Source: Candidatus Cloacimonadota bacterium (GTDB lineage: Bacteria > Cloacimonadota > Cloacimonadia > G963667145). Taken from it: 64,000 nucleotides of DNA. The stretch covers positions 1,312,001 to 1,376,000 of the forward strand of contig OY762940.1 in the NCBI GenBank assembly GCA_963667255.1. Direction: 5' to 3'. The position numbers and the translations under genes are program-made. Numbering within the stretch: position 1 is the stretch's first letter; the number at the start of each line of letters is the position of its first letter. The notes beneath the pieces are model-generated. The model saw nothing but the letters and a program-made list of their open reading frames with translations. It was not told the DNA's origin and did no database searches. This document shows, piece by piece, positions 31,735 to 40,434 of the stretch.

Positions 31735-32544
31735 CTAATATCTCGTTTGGCAAACAGGACAAAAAAAAGTTCCCCTTCCACCTATATTAATTTTCTCAAT
31801 AGCATGCCCGCAAGGACAACACTCTTTCTGATACACTTGCAAAAATGCTTGAAACTTCCCCGACTTATCATCTACGCTTCGATAGTCGCTAATTGTCGTT
31901 CCACAGCACTCTATCGCCTTACTCAGCACCTCTCGCATAACGGTCAGCAAATTATCCACCATTTCCAGTGGCACACAGCCAGCTTTGGATGCCGGATGCA
32001 ACCCAACTCTATAAAGAATCTCGCAAGCATAAATATTCCCTATCCCCGCAAGATATTTTTGATTCATTAGAAACGCCTTAATCGCCACACCTTTGCCCAT
32101 CATCAGCCTTGCCATATAAAATTTGTCAAGTCTTTTGTCAAAAGGGTCAAGCCCCAAATTTTCTATCCCCTGCACCTTGTCGTCTTCAGCATAAATTTCC
32201 ATCTTGGCAAAACCCCGCACGCTTATAAACAGCAGTTTACTACCATCCTTGAAAAAGAATTCCGCCCTCAAATGAGTCTTATCATAGAAAATATTTCGCT
32301 CCTCAAAAACGAGCTTGCCTGTCATCCGCAAATGAATAACAATCTTAATCGAACTACTCAAATGAATAACTATAAATTTGCCAATTCTCTCGATTTCCTT
32401 TATCATTCCCAACGAGCGTAAATCAAACTTGTGAGGGTTAAAAACGGAAGAATAGCAAGAAATATTGACATCTTCTATCTCTCTGCCGATTATTTTTTCC
32501 CCAAGCTGCTTTACTATAGTCTGCACTTCCGGTAACTCTGGCAT
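31735..32544 (-). CDS. mutM: Formamidopyrimidine-DNA glycosylase
   Basis: MPELPEV, HLRMTG, AGIGNIYACE, GRGTFFCPVCQ. Confidence 0.95.
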   Translation of the reverse strand: MPELPEVQTIVKQLGEKIIGREIEDVNISCYSSVFNPHKFDLRSLGMIKEIERIGKFIVIHLSSSIKIVIHLRMTGKLVFEERNIFYDKTHLRAEFFFKDGSKLLFISVRGFAKMEIYAEDDKVQGIENLGLDPFDKRLDKFYMARLMMGKGVAIKAFLMNQKYLAGIGNIYACEILYRVGLHPASKAGCVPLEMVDNLLTVMREVLSKAIECCGTTISDYRSVDDKSGKFQAFLQVYQKECCPCGHAIEKINIGGRGTFFCPVCQTRY

Positions 32545-32613
32545 ATTTCCTCTACTTCACAGGCGGAGTAAAACTCCTTATTTATTTGAAAATTTGTCGC
32601 TTTTCTCAACCCT

Positions 32614-33039
32614 TTACTTCTCATTTTTCGCATCCATTTTATTCAGACAATTCTTACAAATCCCCTTGAATACAAGGTTGTAGTCAGTAATTTTGTGTCC
32701 GTCAATCATCTGCTCTCCCTGATACACAAAATTTTCCTCCACATCATACACATTCCCGCACTTCACACATTTGAAATGCCCGTGTGGCAATCTGCAAAAA
32801 TCGTAATGCTCTCGCCCATCAGACCCGCTGATAGATTTAATCACCTTTTTCTCTTCCAACAATTGCAACACATTATACACAGTAGTTTTGGACAAAGTTG
32901 GCAACTCGCCTTTAATCCCCGTATAAATTTGTTCCACAGTCGGATGAGTTCTATTTTTGTCCAAATATTGCAAAACTTTCACCCTCTGTATCGAGGGTGA
33001 AATATTTTTATTTTTCAAAAGTTCCGTATATTTATCCAT
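32614..33039 (-). CDS. perR: Fur-family repressor, probably PerR
   Basis: HPTVEQIY, TTVYNVL, HGHFKCVKC, C-terminal CKNC; oxidative-stress context. Confidence 0.75.
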   Translation of the reverse strand: MDKYTELLKNKNISPSIQRVKVLQYLDKNRTHPTVEQIYTGIKGELPTLSKTTVYNVLQLLEEKKVIKSISGSDGREHYDFCRLPHGHFKCVKCGNVYDVEENFVYQGEQMIDGHKITDYNLVFKGICKNCLNKMDAKNEK

Positions 33040-33075
33040 TTTGTCCTCCTTATCATTTTGATGAAGAACAATTTT

Positions 33076-33621
33076 TTATTTAAAATGCCTATCCAATAAA
33101 CCTTTGAAAGCCTTGCCATGACGAGCTTCATCTCTTGCCATCTCATGCACGGTGTCGTGAATAGCATCGTATCCAAGCTCCTTTGCTCTTTTTGCCAAAG
33201 CCACCTTTCCAGCTGTCGCACCACATTCCGCATCAACTCTCATCTCTAAATTTTTCTTGGTGGAGTCGCTCACCACTTCGCCCAAAAGTTCGGCAAATTT
33301 TGCAGCATGTTCCGCTTCTTCAAAAGCGATTCTTTTGTAGGCCTCAGCGACTTCCGGCAAACCTTCTCTATCGGCAACTCTGCTCATAGCAAGATACATC
33401 CCCACTTCCGTGCATTCACCCATAAAATTGTCCTTCAATCCGCAAACAACCTCTTCATCAAGCCCTTTTGCTACACCTACCACATGCTCGGCAGCCCAAA
33501 CCATCTCTTCAGATTTTTTCTCAGCAAACTTGCTCTTGTCAGCTTTACATTGAGGACATTTTTCGGGAGCAACTTCTCCTTCGTGAACATAACCGCATAT
33601 ACTACAAATAAATTTTTTCAT
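33076..33621 (-). CDS. Reverse rubrerythrin / NADH peroxidase
   Basis: N-terminal CSIC...CPQC, then [19 protein letters not shown]. Confidence 0.92.
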   Translation of the reverse strand: MKKFICSICGYVHEGEVAPEKCPQCKADKSKFAEKKSEEMVWAAEHVVGVAKGLDEEVVCGLKDNFMGECTEVGMYLAMSRVADREGLPEVAEAYKRIAFEEAEHAAKFAELLGEVVSDSTKKNLEMRVDAECGATAGKVALAKRAKELGYDAIHDTVHEMARDEARHGKAFKGLLDRHFK

Positions 33622-33688
33622 TTTTCCTCCTTATTAATTTCAATTATGAAACTAACTTATCTCAAACAGATTTGTTGTCAAGATAAAT

Positions 33689-33703
33689 TTGTAATAATTA
33701 CAA
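33689..33703. promoter_or_regulatory. PerR-type 7-1-7 operator next to a TTGACA -35 (33676-33681)
   Basis: Perfect palindrome TTGTAAT-A-ATTACAA, similar to Bacillus Per box TTATAATnATTATAA. Confidence 0.7.
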
Positions 33704-33711
33704 TTATGTAT

Positions 33712-33740
33712 AAAAAAAGCAGGGTCTTTTCAGACCCTGC
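33712..33740 (-). terminator. Intrinsic terminator closing the 33769-45694 operon
   Basis: GCAGGGTCT/AGACCCTGC perfect stem, U7 tract on minus strand. Confidence 0.85.
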
Positions 33741-33768
33741 GATAATAAATACTTAATCTAAAGAATTA

Positions 33769-34500
33769 TTAGTTTCTTGCAAATCCAAGGATTTGAGGAT
33801 ATTCTCTAGGTATTTTCAAAGGACGAGTAGCAGCCAATTCTTCAGCAGTAGGAGTTCCATCATTTTTGCACAAATCAGCTTTTTTCTCTTCCCAAATCTC
33901 TTTTGTCAAAGAGAAGGTTGGTGAACCACCAAGTTCGTGAACAAGACCTTTACCGTTATTGTATTCGTCAGTTTTGTCCATCAAACCATACTCACCCATC
34001 CATCTGCGGAATCCATTAATAGACTCAGCAACGATAAGAACCTCTTTTTCGCCCAAATAGTCAAGGTGATGCTCCATTTTAGCAGCAAGCATATTAGCAC
34101 CAGCTCTGCAACCTCTTTTGATAGCAAGAGTGTGAAGGCTCATACCAGTATCTTTGTCTTTGTGACGAGAAGTTACGATACCAGCGATTTCGCCATCAAC
34201 AGTACCAACAAGCACGAAACAGTCAGTAATTCTTTGACGATACCAACCCAAAATTTCACTATAAACTCTGCAAGCTACGATATCATACCAGTCATCTGGA
34301 ACGAACATCAAAGGCTTAACAGCTTCCAACAATTGATTGATATCAGAGAAATCACATTCTCTGATTACCAATGTTTTCCCGTTTTTAAGATTAATTTTTT
34401 TTGGAGGGTATGGCACCATCTCCGGTGATTTTGGTGAATTCAATAACTTTTCGAGTTCTTCGTTAGAAGGAATGCTATTTTTATCAACTCTTTTTCCCAT
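33769..34500 (-). CDS. Uncharacterised GNAT-fold acyltransferase
   Basis: LVIRE..SD..QL, FVLVGTVDGEIAGIV, motif-A-like LHTLAIKRGCRAG; AGGAG RBS. Confidence 0.6.
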   Translation of the reverse strand: MGKRVDKNSIPSNEELEKLLNSPKSPEMVPYPPKKINLKNGKTLVIRECDFSDINQLLEAVKPLMFVPDDWYDIVACRVYSEILGWYRQRITDCFVLVGTVDGEIAGIVTSRHKDKDTGMSLHTLAIKRGCRAGANMLAAKMEHHLDYLGEKEVLIVAESINGFRRWMGEYGLMDKTDEYNNGKGLVHELGGSPTFSLTKEIWEEKKADLCKNDGTPTAEELAATRPLKIPREYPQILGFARN

Positions 34501-34563
34501 TTTGTAAATCTCCTTACGATTTTCTTTCTTTTTTTTTTAAGTAATTTGCACTACTCAAACTTC

Positions 34564-35382
34564 TTATTTAGGCTCCAAAGCAATGATACGACACATAGAA
34601 GATTCCATCTCTATACCACGAAGAGGGAACAATCCAAGCCATACTCTCTTGCTACCAAGAGCGTTCAACTCGCCACCAAGATTTTCAGCATGAACAAGAC
34701 CTTTTGGGAACAAGTTCAAGTGCATTACTTGATAATATTCATCCATTGGATACAACTCATCAAAGCTCTTGCCATATTTTGCCTTCATCAACTCATCAGT
34801 TTTGATGAAGTCTTTTGGATGCCAAGTTCTAATAATAGTGTTCATTGGGTGATCGGCAGAACCTGCATCAATTCCAATCCATTTGATTTTTTTCTTGATT
34901 GCCCATTTGTGGAACTCTGGAGAAGGACCGGGGTGACGCACGAAATATCTCAATTCATCAGCTCCTGGTTGATCCCAACCATAGCGGTTGTAACCGGTGT
35001 TGATTACAAGAATATCGCCTTCTTTAACCTCAACCTCTTCCTCTATCATTTCTGGGGTGTAAAAATCATAGTCTTGAACTTTCTTAGAAATATCAGCAAC
35101 AGCTGCATCTCCTACCCAAAAATCCATCGGAGTGTCACCTATAGTGCGACCGGCAGCGAAGAAGTGAACTTCACCATCGATGTGAGTCCCAACATGGTTG
35201 GAAGTGTGAACTATTTGACCATTAGCACCTTGTCCCATATGGGCTCCAGCTATTCTCTTAAAATATTGCAACCCAAGAGGCATATAACTTGGCCATGGTG
35301 GTGTGTGAATAGACAATCTCATTGTTAAATCATACATTTTGATATCTTTGGACATCATATCCATAAATTCTTTATTTGTCAT
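34564..35382 (-). CDS. Cyclase-family (KynB/isatin hydrolase-like) metal amidohydrolase
   Basis: HVGTHIDGEVH, GDILVINTG, GIDAGSADHP, HAENL. Confidence 0.88.
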   Translation of the reverse strand: MTNKEFMDMMSKDIKMYDLTMRLSIHTPPWPSYMPLGLQYFKRIAGAHMGQGANGQIVHTSNHVGTHIDGEVHFFAAGRTIGDTPMDFWVGDAAVADISKKVQDYDFYTPEMIEEEVEVKEGDILVINTGYNRYGWDQPGADELRYFVRHPGPSPEFHKWAIKKKIKWIGIDAGSADHPMNTIIRTWHPKDFIKTDELMKAKYGKSFDELYPMDEYYQVMHLNLFPKGLVHAENLGGELNALGSKRVWLGLFPLRGIEMESSMCRIIALEPK

Positions 35383-35408
35383 GATTTATCTCCTTTTTTT
35401 ATTAATAT

Positions 35409-36836
35409 TTATTTAGAATATTTTTTAGCAAATGCTTCCAAAGCATCCGTAAAACATTTCATTGGTGGTTCTACCAAACCGGCACCTACCATTCCTACAC
35501 CAGGAGTTTTGTGAGCGATACCTGTATTGATAGCAGGTAAAATTCCTGTTTCAATAATTTTGATTAAGTTGATACCTGTCGGTGTGCCACGGAAGTCCAA
35601 AATAGGAATTTGGAACACACTATTTTCACCATCAGTAATTTCATACATTCTCTTGGTGAATGTAAGAGCGTCATCAGGAGAACCTCCCACAAACTTAACA
35701 ATAGCAGGAGCGGCAGCCATAGCAAATCCACCAAATCCCGCAGTCTCGGTAATGGTAGAGTCACCAATATCACGAGCAGCATCATCTTCGGTGTATCCTG
35801 GCAAATAAAGCCCTTCAACGATAGGAGCTTGGTCAATAAACCATTGGTCGCCGAGACCAGAAACTCTGATACCAAAATCCGTGCCATTTCTCGCCATCAC
35901 AGTCACGATGGTAGAGCCTTCTATATTAGCAGCTGAATCGATAATCGCTTTGGCAGTAGGCATAGACAAGTTAAGGAAGAAGTGGTCATTTTCGTTAAGG
36001 AAATCAAAAACAGAAGCAATGTCTTTCTTGCTAAATTCTTCCAATTTAACCAAAGAACTGGCAAGCTCTCTAATAACGATAGAAGTCCCTGCACGGTTAC
36101 GGTTGTGAGCTTCATCGCCCATTTGCAACACTTGGGCAATGATATTTTTCATATCAAAAGGTCCATGAGCTTTCAGAGCAGCCTTCAAGACAGGAGCCAA
36201 AACATCACGCATCCAAGTCAAGCGATTGTTGACCTCCTCGCCATAAGCACCATAACGAAGCACTTTACCCAAACCTTCGTTCAGAGTAGCGTAAGCAACA
36301 TTACCAAAAGTCTCGTTCTTTATTATCCAAACAGGCATACTTGGAGTTACGATACCAGCCATAGGACCAACAGTGCTATGATGGTGACAAGGAGAAAATT
36401 CTATTGCACCAGAAGCAGCCAATTTTTCAGCCTCTTCCGGAGTAGAAGCCCAACCTTCAAAAATGATACCACCAATAACAGCACCACGAGTAGGACCACT
36501 CATTCTATCCCAAGTCACAGGAGGACCTGAATGCAAGAACATCTTCTCTTTCATTCCAGGAATATCTTTGAGTGCAACGCCAATATCCATAAGGACTGGC
36601 TTAGACTCCATAATATTTTTGATAGCCTTAGCATTAGCAGCAGCAACATCTACGCTACTCGCTTCTATAGCATCCAAAAGAGCAACAAGTTTTGGGTCGC
36701 CACCGGCAGGCGGTTTCCAAGCAATTTGAATAGCTTTTGTATCTTGCTCTCTCAAATTATCTGCAAAACTCTCAAGACCCATATTAGCAGCAACTAAATC
36801 TTGAGTAAACAATTTATTTATAGCTTTAACATCCAT
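35409..36836 (-). CDS. DUF1116 (YahG/YlbE-like) protein with N-terminal FdrA-tail domain
   Basis: LHSGPP, PCHH...VGPMAG, NEGLGKVLRYGA, MGDEAHNRN, ARNG, DIGDS, INTGIAHK. Confidence 0.88.
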   Translation of the reverse strand: MDVKAINKLFTQDLVAANMGLESFADNLREQDTKAIQIAWKPPAGGDPKLVALLDAIEASSVDVAAANAKAIKNIMESKPVLMDIGVALKDIPGMKEKMFLHSGPPVTWDRMSGPTRGAVIGGIIFEGWASTPEEAEKLAASGAIEFSPCHHHSTVGPMAGIVTPSMPVWIIKNETFGNVAYATLNEGLGKVLRYGAYGEEVNNRLTWMRDVLAPVLKAALKAHGPFDMKNIIAQVLQMGDEAHNRNRAGTSIVIRELASSLVKLEEFSKKDIASVFDFLNENDHFFLNLSMPTAKAIIDSAANIEGSTIVTVMARNGTDFGIRVSGLGDQWFIDQAPIVEGLYLPGYTEDDAARDIGDSTITETAGFGGFAMAAAPAIVKFVGGSPDDALTFTKRMYEITDGENSVFQIPILDFRGTPTGINLIKIIETGILPAINTGIAHKTPGVGMVGAGLVEPPMKCFTDALEAFAKKYSK

Positions 36837-36837
36837 C

Positions 36838-38391
36838 TTATTTACCTACCTTTTCCATAATCTTAAGAGCCAACATAGAAGCCTGATAGTTAGAAGGCAT
36901 CACTACAACACCGATAGATTCCAATTTTCTCTTTTGGTCAGCAAAACCTTGATAATCTCCCTCGGTGCCTGTAATAGAAGCTACGATTGACAAATAACCA
37001 CCATTCTTTTCAGCATTATCCTTAGCCACTTTCAAACTATCCAAAATAGCTCCGGCAGGGTCAACATGTGAACCATAGCCAATCACAACATCCATCAACA
37101 TCAAAGCTATTTCTTTGTCTTTAGCTTCCAAAAGAATCCTATCATCTCTAGTCCCCGGCTCAATCATCGGATGAGGACGACCATTAGTGAAAACATCCTC
37201 TCCCAAATCCACAATTGTGTGTCTTGTAGATTTAAAAGGATCTTTCAAAATGAAATTTTTGTCAACATGGTCGAAAGAGTAAACTCCACCAAGACTGTCA
37301 TTAAGAAGAATCATAGCCTCATCAGCAAGCGTGCCACCAGTGTATAAACCTCTCAAATACTTTTGATGACTTGCAATTTTAGCAGTCTCTTTAGCAACTA
37401 TTGCGTCAACTTCACTGTCTGGAATGGTAAACAAAGTTCTTTCAAATTTTTTGTTATTCGCAAGAGCAACAGCCATCTTGGCAGCCTCTTCCAAATTTTG
37501 AGCAAAATGAACATTCTTAGTATCTTTGCCATCAAGACCAATAAAGTGAACAACACCAGGCTTTCCTGAATTTTCCAAAGCATCAATAACTTTTTTGGCA
37601 ACAGACTCTACAGGAGGCTTAGAAACGATAGTGATAACTTTAGTTTCAGGGTCGTTTTTGAGAGCTTCGATACCCATCAACATCATCGTTCCACCAATTT
37701 CTTCACTCTTCAAATCTCTACCACCAGTACCAATTCCTTGAGAAACACCAGAACCGAATTTTTCGATACTACAAGTAATCTCTTGCAAACCTGTTCCAGA
37801 AGCACCTACAACGCCGATAGGTCCTTTTTTCACTACATTGGCAAAGCACAACGGTTTACCATTAATGATAGCAGTTCCACAGTCAGGCCCCATCATCAAC
37901 AAGCCTTTTTCTTTAGCCAATTTCTTCAGAGAAATCTCTTGCTCAAGAGGAATGTTGTCAGAGAAAAGCATCACATGTCTGCCGTTATTAAGGGCTTTAC
38001 GCACTTGAGAAGGTGCAAAAGCACCCGGCAAAGAAATCACAACCATATTAATATCGGAATAGGTATTGATTGCAGCTTCCAATGTAGCAGGTTTATAGGT
38101 TTCCCCTTCTTGAGCCGAACCTTTCTCGTTCAGCTTTTTCTTGGCTATTTCCATAGCTTCAGCCAAGATAGCTTCGTCATCAGATTCGATAGCAATGATT
38201 AAATCGTTGGGCGTAGCACTTTTAACATCATCGTTAACCATTTTCAAATCGTTCAGCAAATCCAAGTTCATAGGTGTGCCCATAGCCACCACAGCCTCGG
38301 AAATGCCATCGATTTTTTTGACTTCACGATTGATAAGCATCAACACAACAGAATCAAAATACGAATCTTTTTCTACATAGATTTCTTTCAT
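36838..38391 (-). CDS. FdrA/YahF-family protein (succinyl-CoA synthetase alpha-like)
   Basis: YFDSVVLM, MLFSDN, MGPDCGTA, GASGTGLQE, GTGGRDL, GRPHPMI, GYGSH.DP. Confidence 0.9.
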   Translation of the reverse strand: MKEIYVEKDSYFDSVVLMLINREVKKIDGISEAVVAMGTPMNLDLLNDLKMVNDDVKSATPNDLIIAIESDDEAILAEAMEIAKKKLNEKGSAQEGETYKPATLEAAINTYSDINMVVISLPGAFAPSQVRKALNNGRHVMLFSDNIPLEQEISLKKLAKEKGLLMMGPDCGTAIINGKPLCFANVVKKGPIGVVGASGTGLQEITCSIEKFGSGVSQGIGTGGRDLKSEEIGGTMMLMGIEALKNDPETKVITIVSKPPVESVAKKVIDALENSGKPGVVHFIGLDGKDTKNVHFAQNLEEAAKMAVALANNKKFERTLFTIPDSEVDAIVAKETAKIASHQKYLRGLYTGGTLADEAMILLNDSLGGVYSFDHVDKNFILKDPFKSTRHTIVDLGEDVFTNGRPHPMIEPGTRDDRILLEAKDKEIALMLMDVVIGYGSHVDPAGAILDSLKVAKDNAEKNGGYLSIVASITGTEGDYQGFADQKRKLESIGVVVMPSNYQASMLALKIMEKVGK

Positions 38392-39182
38392 CGTCTTTTC
38401 CTTTCATTATATTTTTTTAAAACCCAACAGAACCCACTAACAAAATCAGTTCCTGAAGTGGACCCAAAATTAAATATCTTATTGTCTAAACGCCCCTTAC
38501 CAACACCACAAACAAAATCCCTAAAAGCGAGCGGATACTCCTTTTGCAAAGCACCCAAAAGAAGACTCCTACCACCCAAACTCGTTCTCTGCAAATCCAA
38601 ACAAGAAACCAAATCCTCAAACTCATCTTCCCTACCCAACGCATCAAGTCCCAAAAGCACTCCGCACACAAAATCGTCCCCACTCGGAGTAAACCCTATC
38701 CCTAATCCAACCAGTCCAGCACAATTCCCCAAATTTTCATCTCCCAACACCCTCAAAGCCTTGTCACTCCACACAGAAGAAACAGTCCTATCTACAACTC
38801 CCAATAAACCTTCAGGTTTACCATAGACACTTATAAACTCTATTAATTTGCGAACATCAAAACTAAATTCGGTTTCGGTTTCACTTGCACCCCGAAGAGA
38901 CATATCAACCGTCTCTCTCTGCAACTCAATCTCCACCAACTCCCCTATTTTCACCTTATCTTGTTGAAAATAAACCAGTTGGTTTTTCAAATCAACCTTA
39001 CTATCAAATAAAGTTTTAACTAAAAGCGAATAAGGGGAAAGCAAATTTTCGTCTCGGAGCAATGTATAATACTGATTATCTACCAGTATATTTATCGCCT
39101 TACCAAAGATGGTATGCACACTGCCAACCATCTCCTCCCGAGCAAAAAGCCTTCCTCTTATTTCGCCTTTAAGTCTAGTCAA
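38388..39182 (-). CDS. DUF2877 (YahE/YlbF-like) protein
   Basis: LVGLGIGFTPSGDDFVCG, FGSTSGTDF. Confidence 0.88.
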   Translation of the reverse strand: MTRLKGEIRGRLFAREEMVGSVHTIFGKAINILVDNQYYTLLRDENLLSPYSLLVKTLFDSKVDLKNQLVYFQQDKVKIGELVEIELQRETVDMSLRGASETETEFSFDVRKLIEFISVYGKPEGLLGVVDRTVSSVWSDKALRVLGDENLGNCAGLVGLGIGFTPSGDDFVCGVLLGLDALGREDEFEDLVSCLDLQRTSLGGRSLLLGALQKEYPLAFRDFVCGVGKGRLDNKIFNFGSTSGTDFVSGFCWVLKKYNERKRR

Positions 39183-39192
39183 TTAAAAATTA

Positions 39193-40410
39193 CTAATCAC
39201 CAAGCTTTTTGATAGGTTCTTTAGTGGTAATCAAGAAAATAGCATTCAAAAGAATACCAACCAAAGCTCCCAAACCAAGACCTTGGAAAGTAACACTACC
39301 TACACAAATACTAGCTCCCCCAAGACCAATAACCAAAATAGTAGCTGCGGTCATCAAAGGTCTAGGATCTGCAAAGTCAATTTTAGCTTGAACCATATTG
39401 CTGATGCCGATAGAAGAAATCATACCAAAAAGCAAGATAGAAATACCACCGATAACAGGACCTGGAATTGTGCTAATAATAGAGGTAAACTTAGGAATAA
39501 AAGCAAGCAAAATAGCAAAACAAGCAGCAATTCTCATGATAACAGGATTTCTTGCTCCTGTAAGAGCAACAGCACCGGTATTCTCAGAATATGTAGTGTT
39601 AGCAGGACCACCGAAAAAGGCAGACAAACTGGTTGCAAGCCCATCACCAAGAGCAGTTCTGTGAACACCAGGTTCTTTGATGAAATCTTTTCCAACAACA
39701 TTACCAATAGCAAGGACATCACCAAAGTGTTCAACAAGTGTAACGATAGCGATAGGAATGATAATAGCAGCACTACGACCTGAGAAAGTAGCCATGGTAA
39801 ATTTAGGAATACCAAACCAAGCAGCATCATTGATAGCAGTATAATCCACCAAACCGAAGATCATACTAACAACATATCCACAAATCAAAGCAGTAAGAAC
39901 TGGCAGCATGGAAAGCAATTTGTTTCTCTTTTCAAAGAAAATTTTGACAAAAGCTGCAACAGCAAAAGTGAACAAAGCCAAAGGCCAATTAGCTTGAGCA
40001 CTACCAATAGCTACAGGAGCCAAAAGAAGACCAATCAAAATAATAACCGGTCCGGTAACATGAGGAGGAAGAATCTTATGAAGATTTTCATGACCAACTA
40101 TCTTAAAGATAATAGCAGCCAAAACATACACAAGACCAGCTAATACGATACCTCCGCATGCCTCTGATAAAGTACCACCTTCCATTTTAACAACTGCAAA
40201 TATTCCCGGCATGAAAGCAAACGAACTTCCCAAAAATACGGGAACCTCAAACTTGGTTAAAATGTGAAATAACCAAGTACCAATACCTGCCATAAACAAG
40301 GTTACACCAACATCCAATCCGGTAAGGATTGGCACAAGCACAGTAGCACCAAACATCACGAATGTGTGTTGCAAACCAAGAATAACAGTTTTTCCATCAA
40401 CTTTTTGCAT
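39193..40410 (-). CDS. uraA: NCS2 nucleobase permease, UraA/PyrP (uracil) clade
   Basis: LQHTFVMFGATVLVP, LGSSFAF, EHFGD, NTTYSENTG. Confidence 0.82.
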   Translation of the reverse strand: MQKVDGKTVILGLQHTFVMFGATVLVPILTGLDVGVTLFMAGIGTWLFHILTKFEVPVFLGSSFAFMPGIFAVVKMEGGTLSEACGGIVLAGLVYVLAAIIFKIVGHENLHKILPPHVTGPVIILIGLLLAPVAIGSAQANWPLALFTFAVAAFVKIFFEKRNKLLSMLPVLTALICGYVVSMIFGLVDYTAINDAAWFGIPKFTMATFSGRSAAIIIPIAIVTLVEHFGDVLAIGNVVGKDFIKEPGVHRTALGDGLATSLSAFFGGPANTTYSENTGAVALTGARNPVIMRIAACFAILLAFIPKFTSIISTIPGPVIGGISILLFGMISSIGISNMVQAKIDFADPRPLMTAATILVIGLGGASICVGSVTFQGLGLGALVGILLNAIFLITTKEPIKKLGD

Positions 40411-40434
40411 AATTTCTCCTTTTTTTGTGAGTTT

